Below are positions 18,036 through 27,357 of a DNA stretch of 64,000 bases, piece by piece. Both the position numbers and the translations under genes were made by a program. Each line of letters begins with the position of its first letter. The first letter of the stretch is position 1. Source of the stretch: Minisyncoccota bacterium (lineage in GTDB: Bacteria; Patescibacteriota; Minisyncoccia; Phycocordibacterales; Phycocordibacteraceae); assembly GCA_035627595.1 (NCBI GenBank), contig DASPLK010000002.1, forward strand, positions 160,481 to 224,480, read 5' to 3'. The notes under the pieces were generated by a model. It did no database searches. It worked only from the letters and a program-made list of their open reading frames with translations, and had not been told where the DNA came from.

Positions 18036-18707
18036 TTACCGGTGCATATCTGCAGAGGCTGGAAGAGTCAAAAGAAGGTGCTCAAATATAGGTTTTATGG
18101 GCGCTGAAGAGTCGTGGAGGATCTTGGTGAGTATGACGAGGTCAGCGAGAATACCCTCTTTCATGAAGGCTTCATTTTTGCGGAGCTCTCGTGTGAGGCT
18201 TTGGGCGAGTTCTAACGCCTCACGCCTACCTTCCCTCTTTTCTTCTTGCTTATCCGAACGCGTTCGGTCATAGAGCTTATCGAGGTACTTCTTGCGTTCA
18301 GGCTGCGTGAGAGCAAGAAATAGCGCGCCCGTTCCGCTCTCCTCACTTGTTCCAGGTAGCGGCGTAAGGCGCGACCGGAGCGTCGGAAGAATGGTCCCTT
18401 CCGACGGCACTACAAGAAACAGCGTCGTGCCGACTGGCGGTTCCTCGAAAAGCTTGAGCATCGCATTCTGCGCCTCGTGGAAGAGGCGTGATGCGGACAA
18501 AATGACTGCTCGGCGCGTGCCCTGGGTCGGAGCAGCGTATGCATCCTGCGCAAAGTCGCGAACATCATCGATCGTGAAGTTCGTATAACGTAGAACGGTT
18601 AGATTCGCAGCGTCTGATGCTGCGAGATTCAACTCCCTTTCAGAAAATTCCGTTGCGTGGGAGACACCTTGCTCGAGATCACCCGTTAGGAGGTATGCGT
18701 GTGCCAT
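18036..18707 (-). CDS. holB: DNA polymerase III delta-prime-like clamp-loader subunit.
   Basis: HAYLLTGD at the N-terminus, AMLKLFEEPP (sensor-1 region) and LPTLRSRL (SRC-like motif). Confidence 0.65.
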   Translation of the reverse strand: MAHAYLLTGDLEQGVSHATEFSERELNLAASDAANLTVLRYTNFTIDDVRDFAQDAYAAPTQGTRRAVILSASRLFHEAQNAMLKLFEEPPVGTTLFLVVPSEGTILPTLRSRLTPLPGTSEESGTGALFLALTQPERKKYLDKLYDRTRSDKQEEKREGRREALELAQSLTRELRKNEAFMKEGILADLVILTKILHDSSAPIKPIFEHLLLTLPASADMHR

Positions 18708-18736
18708 TTATAGATAGTATCTCACTACCGATAACA

Positions 18737-19795
18737 CTACTTCTTCGAGAGGATGCTCCTCTTATACGTATCCAAATGGCGAAGCGCAACACCGGTACCG
18801 CGTGCGACACAGAAGTACGCATCGTTCGCGAGCTTAGCCTGGACGCCGGTGCGCCTGTAGACGAGTTCGGGAAGGTTCCGTAGCTGAGATGTGCCGCCCG
18901 TAAGGATGATTCCGTTGTCGATAATGTCTGAAGCCAGCTCCGGCGGGGTCTCTTGAAGCACTTTGCGGATTGCGCCCATCATCTCTCGCAGTTCCCTGTT
19001 CATTGCTTGGACGACCTCGTTGGTTTTTAGATCGATGGTGCGCGGGAGTCCCGAGACCAAATCGCGGCCTTTGACCTGCATGGTGAGTTCTTCTGCGACC
19101 GGTACGGCAGAACCAATTTGAATCTTTATCTCTTCTGCGGTCTTGTCGCCAATGGCGAGGTTGTACTGCTTCTTTACATAGTCCACAATCGCGCGGTCAA
19201 GCTTGTTGCCCGCGCACTTGACGGAGGTAGAGGCGACAATGCCGCCAAGGGAGATCACTGCTACGTCGATAGTGCCACCACCAATGTCAGCGACCATGCG
19301 TCCGAGAGGTTCTTGAATGGAAATGCCCGCACCAATCGCTGCGAGAATGGGCTCTTTGACGACGAACGCATCTGCTGCACCTGCTTTGGCTGCTGCTTCG
19401 ATGACCGCGCGCTTTTCAGTACTGGTAACTCCTGCTGGTACGGAGATGAGCACGGTCGGGCGCATCATGTTCCACTTCCCCAGTGCCTTTTTCATAAAGT
19501 ACCGAAGCATGGCTTCGGTCACGCGGTAATCAGCGATAACGCCGTCCTTCATAGGGCGGTATGCAGTAATGGCGTCAGGGGTGCGACCGATCATCGCTTT
19601 CGCCTCCACGCCTATTGCAACTACCTTATTAGTCTCGGTGTTAACCGCGACAACGGAGGGCTCGTTAAGGACGACGCCCTTTCCGGGGACGAACACGAGC
19701 ACATTCGTGGTGCCTAGGTCTATGCCTAGTCTCGGAGAAAACATTGCCATCGTGGGCACATCATACCTCGCTCTTCCTGTAAGCTCAAAATCCAA
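18737..19795 (-). CDS. mreB: Rod-shape-determining protein MreB. The true start is probably an internal Met near MFSPRLGIDLGT.
   Basis: …RLGIDLGTTNVLVF…, …DIGGGTIDVAVISLGG… and a C-terminal GTGVAL. Confidence 0.9.
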   Translation of the reverse strand: MDFELTGRARYDVPTMAMFSPRLGIDLGTTNVLVFVPGKGVVLNEPSVVAVNTETNKVVAIGVEAKAMIGRTPDAITAYRPMKDGVIADYRVTEAMLRYFMKKALGKWNMMRPTVLISVPAGVTSTEKRAVIEAAAKAGAADAFVVKEPILAAIGAGISIQEPLGRMVADIGGGTIDVAVISLGGIVASTSVKCAGNKLDRAIVDYVKKQYNLAIGDKTAEEIKIQIGSAVPVAEELTMQVKGRDLVSGLPRTIDLKTNEVVQAMNRELREMMGAIRKVLQETPPELASDIIDNGIILTGGTSQLRNLPELVYRRTGVQAKLANDAYFCVARGTGVALRHLDTYKRSILSKK

Positions 19796-19883
19796 TTGAC
19801 ATCGTCTATGCAGAGGAGCATGCTGACTCCGGAAAGGCGTGTCTTAGGCTGCCGGATGGTCCGGCAAAGGCACGGGTATTCCT

Positions 19884-20051
19884 ATGAACATGCGTCGAGC
19901 ACTACTTGCCGTCGCCGTCGTTCTGGTGAGCATCCTGCTGATAGTCGGCGCGGTGGACAAGGTCATTCCTGGACCGTTCATCGTCGTCGGGCTCATGCTC
20001 GCCTTCGTCGGCGCTGTTCTGGCGACTTCGGCTATACCCAAGCCCAAGTAG
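19884..20051 (+). CDS. Small hydrophobic ORF (55 aa, 2 TM) upstream of murA.
   Basis: Manual translation gives MNMRRALLAVAVVLVSILLIVGAVDKVIPGPFIVVGLMLAFVGAVLATSAIPKPK*. It was below the ORF-track length cutoff and rests on its ORF alone. Confidence 0.25.
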   Translation: MNMRRALLAVAVVLVSILLIVGAVDKVIPGPFIVVGLMLAFVGAVLATSAIPKPK

Positions 20052-20137
20052 CCCGGAACAGAATTATGTTCTCTAGCTATGAAGCGCGCTTTCCCCCAGG
20101 GAGAGCGCGCCCTTGTTTTGGTATACAATTCCCCTAC

Positions 20138-21445
20138 ATGACCGAGGAACTTAACTTCATAGTCCAGGGAGGCAAGAAACTCTCTGGAGAAATCGTTACC
20201 AATCGATCCAAGAATGGCGCTGTTGCCCTCCTGGCTGCATCGCTTTTAAATAAGGGCACCACAACGCTCCGAAAGGTGCCAAAGATAGAAGAGGTCAATC
20301 GCCTCATCGAAGTGTTGCGCTCAATCGGGGTTTCCTGTGAGTGGCAGGGCCGCGATCTGGTCATCACGCCACCTGACCGCATCACGCTCGATACAATTGA
20401 TACCAAGGCTGCGATTCGTACCCGGAGCATCCTCATGTTCATCGGTCCTCTCCTGCATCACTTCCCTTCCTTCAGCCTTCCACAGTCAGGCGGCTGTACC
20501 TTGGGGCTCCGCAGCGTGCGCCCGCACCTATGGGCTCTGGAAAAGTTCGGTGTCTCCATTACCGCAGAGACCGAAACCTTCGATATCTCGTATGATGCGC
20601 TCGTTCCTGAGACCATCATCCTGTATGAATCGAGCGACACGGCGACCATCAATGCGCTATATGCGGCTTCCGGTATAGAGGGAACCTCCACCATTCGTTA
20701 TGCTTCGGCCAACTATCAGGTACAGGAGGTTTGCGGATACCTACAGGCACTCGGCGTGATCATTGAAGGGATTGGTACGACGACGCTAACGGTGACCGGC
20801 AAGAAGGATATTCATATGGATGTCGAGTACACGATCGCTGAGGACCCGACTGACGCCATGTTCTTTATTGCGGCTGCGGCGACTACTAACTCTGCACTCA
20901 CTATAAAGAACGTTCCAATCGAGTTCCTTGAGGTAGAGCTCGCAGTGCTTGAAAAGATGGGACTTAAGTTCTCAGTGACCGATGCAGGGGTATCCGAAAA
21001 TGGGATCACAAAGCTCGCGGACCTTGCCATTAGCGAATCAGATCTTGTCGCGTTTCCCGAGAAAATACATGCGCGCCCGTATCCAGGACTCAATATCGAC
21101 AATCTCCCATTCTTTGCCGTCATTGCGACCCGTGCCGAGGGGGATACACTCATCCATGACTGGGTGTATGAGAAGCGTGCCATCTATTACACGGAGCTAG
21201 ATCGCTTGGGCGCTACGACCACGCTTTTTGATCCGCACCGCATTCTTATCGAGGGCCCCACACACCTGCGCGGTGCGCAGCTGGTATGCCCGCCGGCACT
21301 CCGTCCTGCAACCATCCTCCTTATCGGCATGCTCGCCGCTGATGGCCGTTCCATCCTCCGGAACGTCTATTCCATCAATCGCGGATACGAGGATCTCGTC
21401 GCTCGCTTGAAGAGTATCGGTGCTGAGGTGGAAGAGGAGCGCTAA
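20138..21445 (+). CDS. murA: UDP-N-acetylglucosamine 1-carboxyvinyltransferase. The start is taken at the internal MTEELNF of the longer ORF.
   Basis: MTEELNFIVQGGKKLSGEIVTNRSKNGAVALLAASLL… is a MurA N-terminus. The upstream 114 codons of the same frame are Arg-rich and look like junk. Confidence 0.9.
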   Translation: MTEELNFIVQGGKKLSGEIVTNRSKNGAVALLAASLLNKGTTTLRKVPKIEEVNRLIEVLRSIGVSCEWQGRDLVITPPDRITLDTIDTKAAIRTRSILMFIGPLLHHFPSFSLPQSGGCTLGLRSVRPHLWALEKFGVSITAETETFDISYDALVPETIILYESSDTATINALYAASGIEGTSTIRYASANYQVQEVCGYLQALGVIIEGIGTTTLTVTGKKDIHMDVEYTIAEDPTDAMFFIAAAATTNSALTIKNVPIEFLEVELAVLEKMGLKFSVTDAGVSENGITKLADLAISESDLVAFPEKIHARPYPGLNIDNLPFFAVIATRAEGDTLIHDWVYEKRAIYYTELDRLGATTTLFDPHRILIEGPTHLRGAQLVCPPALRPATILLIGMLAADGRSILRNVYSINRGYEDLVARLKSIGAEVEEER

Positions 21446-21462
21446 AGGGTACAATAGGAAGC

Positions 21463-23289
21463 ATGTACGTCATCGACGTCATCGCCCTCTCACCTTCTTC
21501 GCCCGCCGCGCCCCTTTCCTATAGGAGTAAAGATAAACTGGCCGCCGGCACGATCGTCTCGATACTGCTACGCAAAACGCCAGTACACGGTATTGTCGTG
21601 TCTGCGACTGAAGTAAAAGATGCCAAAGCGATGCTCAAGAATGCATCGTTCGCACTCGTGAAGTCAGTGACACGCTCCGATGGCATGCTCCCAAGAACGC
21701 TTTTTGCGGCAGCTGAATCTATCGCTACGTATCACGCAGTACCCGTGGGCACCGTGCTCCACGCAATTCTCTCTGATTCCCTCGCGATGGACATCCCACG
21801 CGTACTCAATGAAGGCAGTGGATATGAAAAGCGTACGTTTGAGTATCCAAAGGAGGTTCGATATAGAAAGTATCGGAGCTCTATCGAGGAGGCGCTAGAA
21901 GATAAGAGCGCAGCGCTCCTTGTATGCCCTACCATTGCAGAGCTTGCTGAGGCGAAGGCGTATTTTGCAGATCTTTCGCCAATCGTCCTTTCGGGTGAGG
22001 TAAAAGCGGATGTTCGTAAGGAGCTACTGAATAAGGCGGCTGGCACGAAAGGTCTCGTCATTGCGACCCCAGCGTTTGCATTCGTATCTATCAAGTCGCT
22101 CGGCACCATTATTGTCGACCGTCCGAGCGCAGGCACGTACCGAATGCCTCGCAGGCCAAATCTCGACCTGGTCGCGTCACTTCTTCTGTATGGGCAATCG
22201 CGCAACATTCCTGTGGCGCTTGGTGACTATCCGCTTCCACTTGAGCATCGGCCACGCCCTCAGGCGCCGCTTCAGACCAGTCCAGAGGGAGCTGTGGAAG
22301 CAGTAGACGTGCGTGAGCTCAAGGCACAGGGAGAGATATGGAAAGCGCTTCCGGACAGTACCCTGCGCATTATGCAAAAGGCGATCAACGATGACATGCG
22401 TATTGTCGTCCTTGCCGCAAGAAAGGGATACGCACCTGCGGTCGTATGCAGAGATTGTGGAACCACTCTGAAAGACGCGCAGGGACGTGCGTACTCGCTC
22501 GCAAGTATGGGCGGCAAGCGGATCTTCCGCACTGCAGATGGCACCAGTACAATGAGCACCGACATACACTGTCCTGTGTGCGACTCTTGGAATCTAATGC
22601 CGCTTGGTATCGCCGTCGAGCGTGTATACGAGGAGCTCGCAGCTGCGTTCCTTGATACGCATATCCTACGGTTCGATACCGATACTGTCCGCACTGATGT
22701 GCAAGCGCGCAAGGCAATGAAAGCATTTCGCGAGAAGCGGGGCATCCTTGTTGGAACCGAATCGATGTTGCCCTGGCTGAGGAGCGCAACGCCAACAAAA
22801 GAACCACATGGGCTCGCGATCATAGCCTCAATGGATTCGTTCCTTTCGCTTCCCTTCTGGAGGGCGCGCGAGCGGTTTGTGCGTATCGGACTCATGCTTC
22901 GTGAACTCGCAGAACGTACCATCGTGCATACCCGTCTCCCTGACGACACGGCACTCATGACCGTCGTTGCACCGAAAGAGGATGGGTTCTTTAAGGAAGA
23001 GGCGATGCTTCGAGAAGCACTCCATTACCCACCTTATGGCACATTGGTTGCTTTCCATGTCGAAGGGAGCAAGAAGCGACTCCTTGAAGCAAAGATTGAG
23101 CTTATCGAAGCGGTAATGCCGCTTGCCCTCACTGTCCTCCCGGAGCGACACGTCGAAAAGAATACCTATCGCCTTACGGCGCTACTACACCTTGCCCAAG
23201 GCGCGTGGCCTGATCCAGAGCTTTCCGAGCGACTTCAGGCGCTACCGCCTTTTATGAAGATAGCTATTGACCCAGAGTCATTTTGGTAG
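21463..23289 (+). CDS. priA: Primosomal protein N-prime (PriA)-like, with Walker A and DEEH helicase motifs replaced.
   Basis: PriA-like N-terminal DNA-binding domain, a Cys-rich region (CRDCG…CPVCDSW) and a C-terminal domain (…PFWRARERF…HYPPYGTLVAF…). No GxGKT is found where PriA has GVTGSGKT, and DRPS stands where PriA has DEEH. Confidence 0.6.
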   Translation: MYVIDVIALSPSSPAAPLSYRSKDKLAAGTIVSILLRKTPVHGIVVSATEVKDAKAMLKNASFALVKSVTRSDGMLPRTLFAAAESIATYHAVPVGTVLHAILSDSLAMDIPRVLNEGSGYEKRTFEYPKEVRYRKYRSSIEEALEDKSAALLVCPTIAELAEAKAYFADLSPIVLSGEVKADVRKELLNKAAGTKGLVIATPAFAFVSIKSLGTIIVDRPSAGTYRMPRRPNLDLVASLLLYGQSRNIPVALGDYPLPLEHRPRPQAPLQTSPEGAVEAVDVRELKAQGEIWKALPDSTLRIMQKAINDDMRIVVLAARKGYAPAVVCRDCGTTLKDAQGRAYSLASMGGKRIFRTADGTSTMSTDIHCPVCDSWNLMPLGIAVERVYEELAAAFLDTHILRFDTDTVRTDVQARKAMKAFREKRGILVGTESMLPWLRSATPTKEPHGLAIIASMDSFLSLPFWRARERFVRIGLMLRELAERTIVHTRLPDDTALMTVVAPKEDGFFKEEAMLREALHYPPYGTLVAFHVEGSKKRLLEAKIELIEAVMPLALTVLPERHVEKNTYRLTALLHLAQGAWPDPELSERLQALPPFMKIAIDPESFW

Positions 23290-23569
23290 CAGGATGCGAT
23301 CTGGCGATGGCCGGTCTCACCTCCCGGCTCGAGGACGGTCTCCCAGTCCTCGACGTCACGTCAACGGTTGCCCTCCGCTCAATGTGACGCATCGCCTGCT
23401 CTTTTCGTATAAGACGGAGTCTCTCCAAATGAGACCTGTCTTTGGTGCCGCCGATGGTGTTGAGGTATCGCATGACGACCCGGAAGTCACATGCTCGATT
23501 CCTGCCGTCGGCGGCCGCACTACGCCGCCTATCATTTAGGCGGCGTATTTTATTTGCTATAGTCAACCC

Positions 23570-24085
23570 ATGAAAGAGATAGTCCAGGATGGGCACCCGG
23601 TGCTGCGCGAAGTAGCTGCTGCGGTTCCCGATAGCATGTTCGGCACGCCTGAGCTCCAAGGGATGCTGAGGGATATGGAGGAGGCGCTCGATGCACAGCC
23701 AGACGGCGTCGCGCTTGCCGCTCCGCAGATCGCGCTCCCGTACCGCATTTTCATCGTTCGGTACGACCGTATGCATGTTCAGCCCGAGGGCGTGGAGGCT
23801 CCACCTGAGGTGGGCATATTCATTAATCCAGAGTTTGAGAAGATCAGTCGTAGGCGGGACGTAGTAGATGAGGGCTGCTTATCTGTGCGCGGGAAATACG
23901 GAAAGACGTTCCGACATGAACGCGCTAGCGTGCGCGCTCAGGACGCCGACGGTCGCGTATTTATACGTGGAGGAGGCGGTCTTCTCGCACAAGCGTACCA
24001 GCACGAGATTGACCATTTGGACGGCATTCTTTTTACCGATCATGCGGAGGACATCGTCATACTCCCGCCCAAGGATCATGCATAA
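23570..24085 (+). CDS. def: Peptide deformylase.
   Basis: Motifs GVALAAPQI, EGCLSV and HEIDHLDG. Confidence 0.9.
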   Translation: MKEIVQDGHPVLREVAAAVPDSMFGTPELQGMLRDMEEALDAQPDGVALAAPQIALPYRIFIVRYDRMHVQPEGVEAPPEVGIFINPEFEKISRRRDVVDEGCLSVRGKYGKTFRHERASVRAQDADGRVFIRGGGGLLAQAYQHEIDHLDGILFTDHAEDIVILPPKDHA

Positions 24086-24914
24086 GCCGTTCGTCTATTT
24101 TGGCACTCCCTATGTCGCGCGCGATACGCTCGCCATCCTTGTTGAACGAGGGTTTGTTCCGAGTCTTGTTGTCACTTCTCCCGACGCACCTCGTGGCCGC
24201 GGGCTTGTGCTGACACCTTCAGAGACCAAAGCATGGGCTCTTGAGCATGATATCCCTGTACTTGCACCCGCGAAGCTCGATACGGAGACAATAGAGGCTA
24301 TCAAAGTGTATGGGTGTGAGTACGCGATAGTGGTCGCTTACGGAAAGATACTTCCTTCTACGCTTATCGATGCGTTTCCGCTCGGTATTCTCAATATCCA
24401 TTACTCGCTCCTTCCGAAGTACCGTGGCGCCTCTCCGGTAGAGGCGGCGCTCCTAAACGGTGAATCCGTCACTGGCGTTTCCGTACAGAAGATGGTTCCT
24501 GAGCTTGATGCGGGGGATGTGCTTATACAAAAGCAGGTCACTATCGATGAGAGCGAGACGACGAGGGAGCTTCGGCCGCGCTTGGTTGCTGTAGGTGCAG
24601 ACATGCTTGCAACCATACTTCCAGAGTTCGAGCGCGGCATGAATGCAGTCCCGCAAGAGCATAGCGCCGCGACATTTGCGAAGAAGATTCGAAAAGAAGA
24701 GGGAGAACTTACGGTTCCGGGAGATGATCTTCTAAACTGGCGTAAGTACAGGGCGTATTCGGAGGGACCGGGTACGTACTTCTTCCACGATAAGGATGGA
24801 AGGCGCATGCGCGTAAAGATAGTATCGGCGCGATTTGTAGATGGTCGTTTTGTTCCAGAGCGGGTAGTCCCAGAGGGAAAGAAGGAAATGGCATACGAAG
24901 ACTTTGTTAGATAA
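24078..24914 (+). CDS. fmt: Methionyl-tRNA formyltransferase. The start is taken at the internal MHKPFVYFGTP, overlapping def by 8 nt.
   Basis: MHKPFVYFGTPYVARDTLAIL… and …ILNIHYSLLPKYRGASPVEAALL…. Confidence 0.9.
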   Translation: MHKPFVYFGTPYVARDTLAILVERGFVPSLVVTSPDAPRGRGLVLTPSETKAWALEHDIPVLAPAKLDTETIEAIKVYGCEYAIVVAYGKILPSTLIDAFPLGILNIHYSLLPKYRGASPVEAALLNGESVTGVSVQKMVPELDAGDVLIQKQVTIDESETTRELRPRLVAVGADMLATILPEFERGMNAVPQEHSAATFAKKIRKEEGELTVPGDDLLNWRKYRAYSEGPGTYFFHDKDGRRMRVKIVSARFVDGRFVPERVVPEGKKEMAYEDFVR

Positions 24915-24919
24915 CGTCC

Positions 24920-24937
24920 GAGCCCCAGCTGGGGCTC
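24920..24937 (+). terminator. Hairpin immediately after the fmt stop (weak terminator candidate).
   Basis: gagcccca gc tggggctc forms an 8-bp stem; the downstream T-tract is poor. Confidence 0.3.
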
Positions 24938-25168
24938 GTTCGCTTACTCAAAGCAACCGCGTTCCTCGTTCCAGGCGCGCACCAGTTCCCCGGCTGGGGA
25001 CTTAGTTCGCGCTGGCTCAAACTTACGAGGCCGAGGCTCAGGTCCTCCGAAGCGGTGGTACCCGGTCTCTCCGTAGGATCGCTGCTGCTTCATTATGGCA
25101 AGCATGCAATTGGTAGTAAGCATGGTCTTCTCCTCCCTCCATTTGCACACTAGCATCCTCTCTACGTT

Positions 25169-25534
25169 CTAGAAACCGCGCGAAAAGGACTTAAACATGA
25201 GTCCTCCGCGCTTGAAGAGATTCACGCGCATCCGCTTTGCTCTGCGAAGTTCCTTTGCAAGTTCATTTGAAGCCTCATCTATAGCGTTTTCGATAGTCTC
25301 TTCGGTAGCCTCTGCGCGGTAGAGCGTACCGCGGGTGGAGAAATTGATGCGTGCGACCCATATCCTGCCGGATTGGTGCGCAGTCGTCTCTCTTCCTAGC
25401 TCGACATAGGCACGTGCGGTGTCAGCATCTGTGCCAAGGTACTTCTTAAGACCAAGCAGTTTCTTCTGTGCTTTATCGGTGACTGCTTGCGGAAGGTCAT
25501 ACTGCAAACCCTTATAGCGTATTTCCATAGGCAA
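25169..25534 (-). CDS. hpf: Ribosome hibernation-promoting factor / RaiA family.
   Basis: …MEIRYKGLQYDLPQAVTDKAQKKLLGLKKYLG… and a YfiA-like fold. Confidence 0.8.
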   Translation of the reverse strand: MPMEIRYKGLQYDLPQAVTDKAQKKLLGLKKYLGTDADTARAYVELGRETTAHQSGRIWVARINFSTRGTLYRAEATEETIENAIDEASNELAKELRRAKRMRVNLFKRGGLMFKSFSRGF

Positions 25535-25537
25535 TGG

Positions 25538-25759
25538 TCAGTTATCTATACTAATCATCTTACTACGATTGTGGTGTCCGGAGATGACACGAACATGCTT
25601 GGGATCAACTGAGAACTCGCGTGCAATGAGCTCAATGACCCGCTTATTAGCTTGGTTCCCTGCCGGAGGAGCTTTTACAATTACGGCAAGTGTACCGTCC
25701 TTCTTTCGCTCAAGGTGATCGCGTCTTGCGTCGGCGGTTACGAAGGTACGTATATACAT
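25538..25759 (-). CDS. DUF167/YggU family protein.
   Basis: 73 aa with …LAVIVKAPPAGNQANKRVIELIAREFSV…VRVISGHHNRSK…. Confidence 0.6.
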   Translation of the reverse strand: MYIRTFVTADARRDHLERKKDGTLAVIVKAPPAGNQANKRVIELIAREFSVDPKHVRVISGHHNRSKMISIDN

Positions 25760-25767
25760 TACGGATT

Positions 25768-26010
25768 TTATCCGAAGCGTTCGTGAAGGTACTGCATAAT
25801 CGCATCGGATTCATATAACGAAATCTCCCGTTCTACATCAAGAAGAAACGGCGTCTGATTCTTTCCGCCCTTCTCTATAAGTTCCTCAAGTACTAAAGGA
25901 TCTTTCGTGCTCCTCTCATCAAGCTCAACGCCTAGGATCGCCGCTTCAAGAAGGACCTTTGCGGAAAAAGGACAGCCCGGGCGCGTATAGAGGATGGGAG
26001 TGCTTTCCAT
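25768..26010 (-). CDS. Glutaredoxin-like protein (monothiol CPFS active site).
   Basis: 80 aa; …ILYTRPGCPFSAKV… on a thioredoxin fold. Confidence 0.6.
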   Translation of the reverse strand: MESTPILYTRPGCPFSAKVLLEAAILGVELDERSTKDPLVLEELIEKGGKNQTPFLLDVEREISLYESDAIMQYLHERFG

Positions 26011-26082
26011 ATCCAGATTCTACCATTGCCACAGGCCGCTTTTACGCTATTATGCCTTGAAGCCCCTTGGGGCGCACCACAT

Positions 26083-26155
26083 TCCGCGGTAGCTCAGTGG
26101 TAGAGCGGGCGACTGTTAATCGCTTGGTCGTAGGTTCGAATCCTACCCGCGGAGC
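26083..26155 (+). tRNA. tRNA-Asn (anticodon GTT); the 3' CCA is not encoded.
   Basis: Manual cloverleaf: acceptor tccgcgg/ccgcgga, D arm gctcagtggtagagc, anticodon loop ctGTTaa, T arm gtagg-ttcgaat-cctac, discriminator G. Confidence 0.85.
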
Positions 26156-26179
26156 AGAGCTGGAGATAATATACTTTCC

Positions 26180-26216
26180 GAAGAAAGCCACAGATTCTGT
26201 GGCTTTCTTCGTTTTA
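26180..26216 (+). terminator. Rho-independent terminator after tRNA-Asn.
   Basis: gaagaaagccacag-att-ctgtggctttcttc followed by gtttt. Confidence 0.55.
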
Positions 26217-26255
26217 ATCTTCGGTAGAAAGCCTTTTCGGCGGCCGAAAGCTCCT

Positions 26256-26846
26256 TTACTCCAGCAATTCCGTATAGACGATAAGGCGCTTGTCATATGT
26301 CCGTATTCCAGGAAGCCAGGTACCTGCACACGTAACCAGGTTCAAGTACCTCCCATCGGTACGTCCAAATATTTCTGCAAGGGGCGCATTGTCATACGGA
26401 TACTCCTCTAACCGAAGCACCTTGTAGCGGAGAGTTGTGCTTGCGGTAACTACATGAACCTCATCCCCCGACGCAAGTGTATGCAGCTCTTTAAAGACAC
26501 CAGCCAGGCTAAGCGCATTATCCACGTGCCCTGCTATGACTGCGCTACCTATACCTCCTGGCGCTGTGCCGTGCCGATACCATGCGACCGTGTGGAAGCT
26601 AGATGGATTCGCCATGTTGCCTGACTCGGTGCGGCCAACTTCCTCAATTTTAGTATCTATTCCAATTTTTGGCACCACTAGATATTTCGTCCCGGGATCA
26701 TCAAACCAAACTCCCGAGCGATCTATTAACGGGGCGGATACGGCAACTGGAGAGGACGCGCCGTAGAGTACATACCAGACCGCGCCAAGAAGTACTACGA
26801 GGGCGGCAGCAATGCCTATTAGAATGGATATTTTGTTTCTGTTCAT
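26256..26846 (-). CDS. Sortase (transpeptidase).
   Basis: 196 aa; N-terminal TM anchor, conserved His in AGHVD and the TLxTC-type motif LNLVTCAG. Confidence 0.8.
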   Translation of the reverse strand: MNRNKISILIGIAAALVVLLGAVWYVLYGASSPVAVSAPLIDRSGVWFDDPGTKYLVVPKIGIDTKIEEVGRTESGNMANPSSFHTVAWYRHGTAPGGIGSAVIAGHVDNALSLAGVFKELHTLASGDEVHVVTASTTLRYKVLRLEEYPYDNAPLAEIFGRTDGRYLNLVTCAGTWLPGIRTYDKRLIVYTELLE

Positions 26847-26913
26847 ACGGTAGGTGCACCGAAGCAGCAGAAGGCTGCTTCTGCTGCTTCAGGCTCTGTT
26901 TTGGTCGCTATCA

Positions 26914-27336
26914 CTAGCGCAGCATAAGGCGCGAAGTGAGAAAGGCGCCAACTCCCGCGACTGCCGCAGCAGCGACAATGGCAATCATGAGTGGCATTGC
27001 ATCGCCTCCCACGCCGGTGTTTGGAAGACCAACGTATGCGCCGAGTACGCTCGGGTCAGCCTCGGTGCTTACACCAAGTACCTCGCCATCATCATCGTCA
27101 TCATCGTCGTTGTTACTTCCACCTCCTCCACCTCCGCCCCCACCGCCTCCGCCACCTCCTCCACCGGTGACGGTACCGCTAAGGGTGCTACCAGACCCAC
27201 CGGAAATGGTGCCGGTCACGGCAGACCCGCCAGATCCTGCGGTGAGTGTGCCCGTAACCTCAGATTGCGCAGATGCTGTCGAAGCTGCGAAGAGGAACGG
27301 TAGCAAGAGTGTGAGCTTTTCGGTTTCCTTTTTCAT
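26914..27336 (-). CDS. LPXTG-anchored Gly-rich surface protein (predicted sortase substrate).
   Basis: Signal peptide, a G16 run and a D7 run, then LPNTG followed by a hydrophobic helix and an RLMLR tail. Confidence 0.7.
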   Translation of the reverse strand: MKKETEKLTLLLPFLFAASTASAQSEVTGTLTAGSGGSAVTGTISGGSGSTLSGTVTGGGGGGGGGGGGGGGGSNNDDDDDDDGEVLGVSTEADPSVLGAYVGLPNTGVGGDAMPLMIAIVAAAAVAGVGAFLTSRLMLR

Positions 27337-27357
27337 ACGTAGGATTCGTTAGCTGCA

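Noticed and set aside
22272-22958. 228-aa minus-strand ORF.
   Set aside because: It is antisense inside the PriA-like gene, with Ser/Arg-rich junk composition.
24944-25156. 70-aa minus-strand ORF between fmt and hpf.
   Set aside because: It has no motif and odd composition. The region may be regulatory or an RNA instead; the ORF is kept only as a low-interest note.
26067-26411. 114-aa plus-strand ORF.
   Set aside because: It overlaps tRNA-Asn and the sortase gene on the opposite strand, and its composition is not protein-like.
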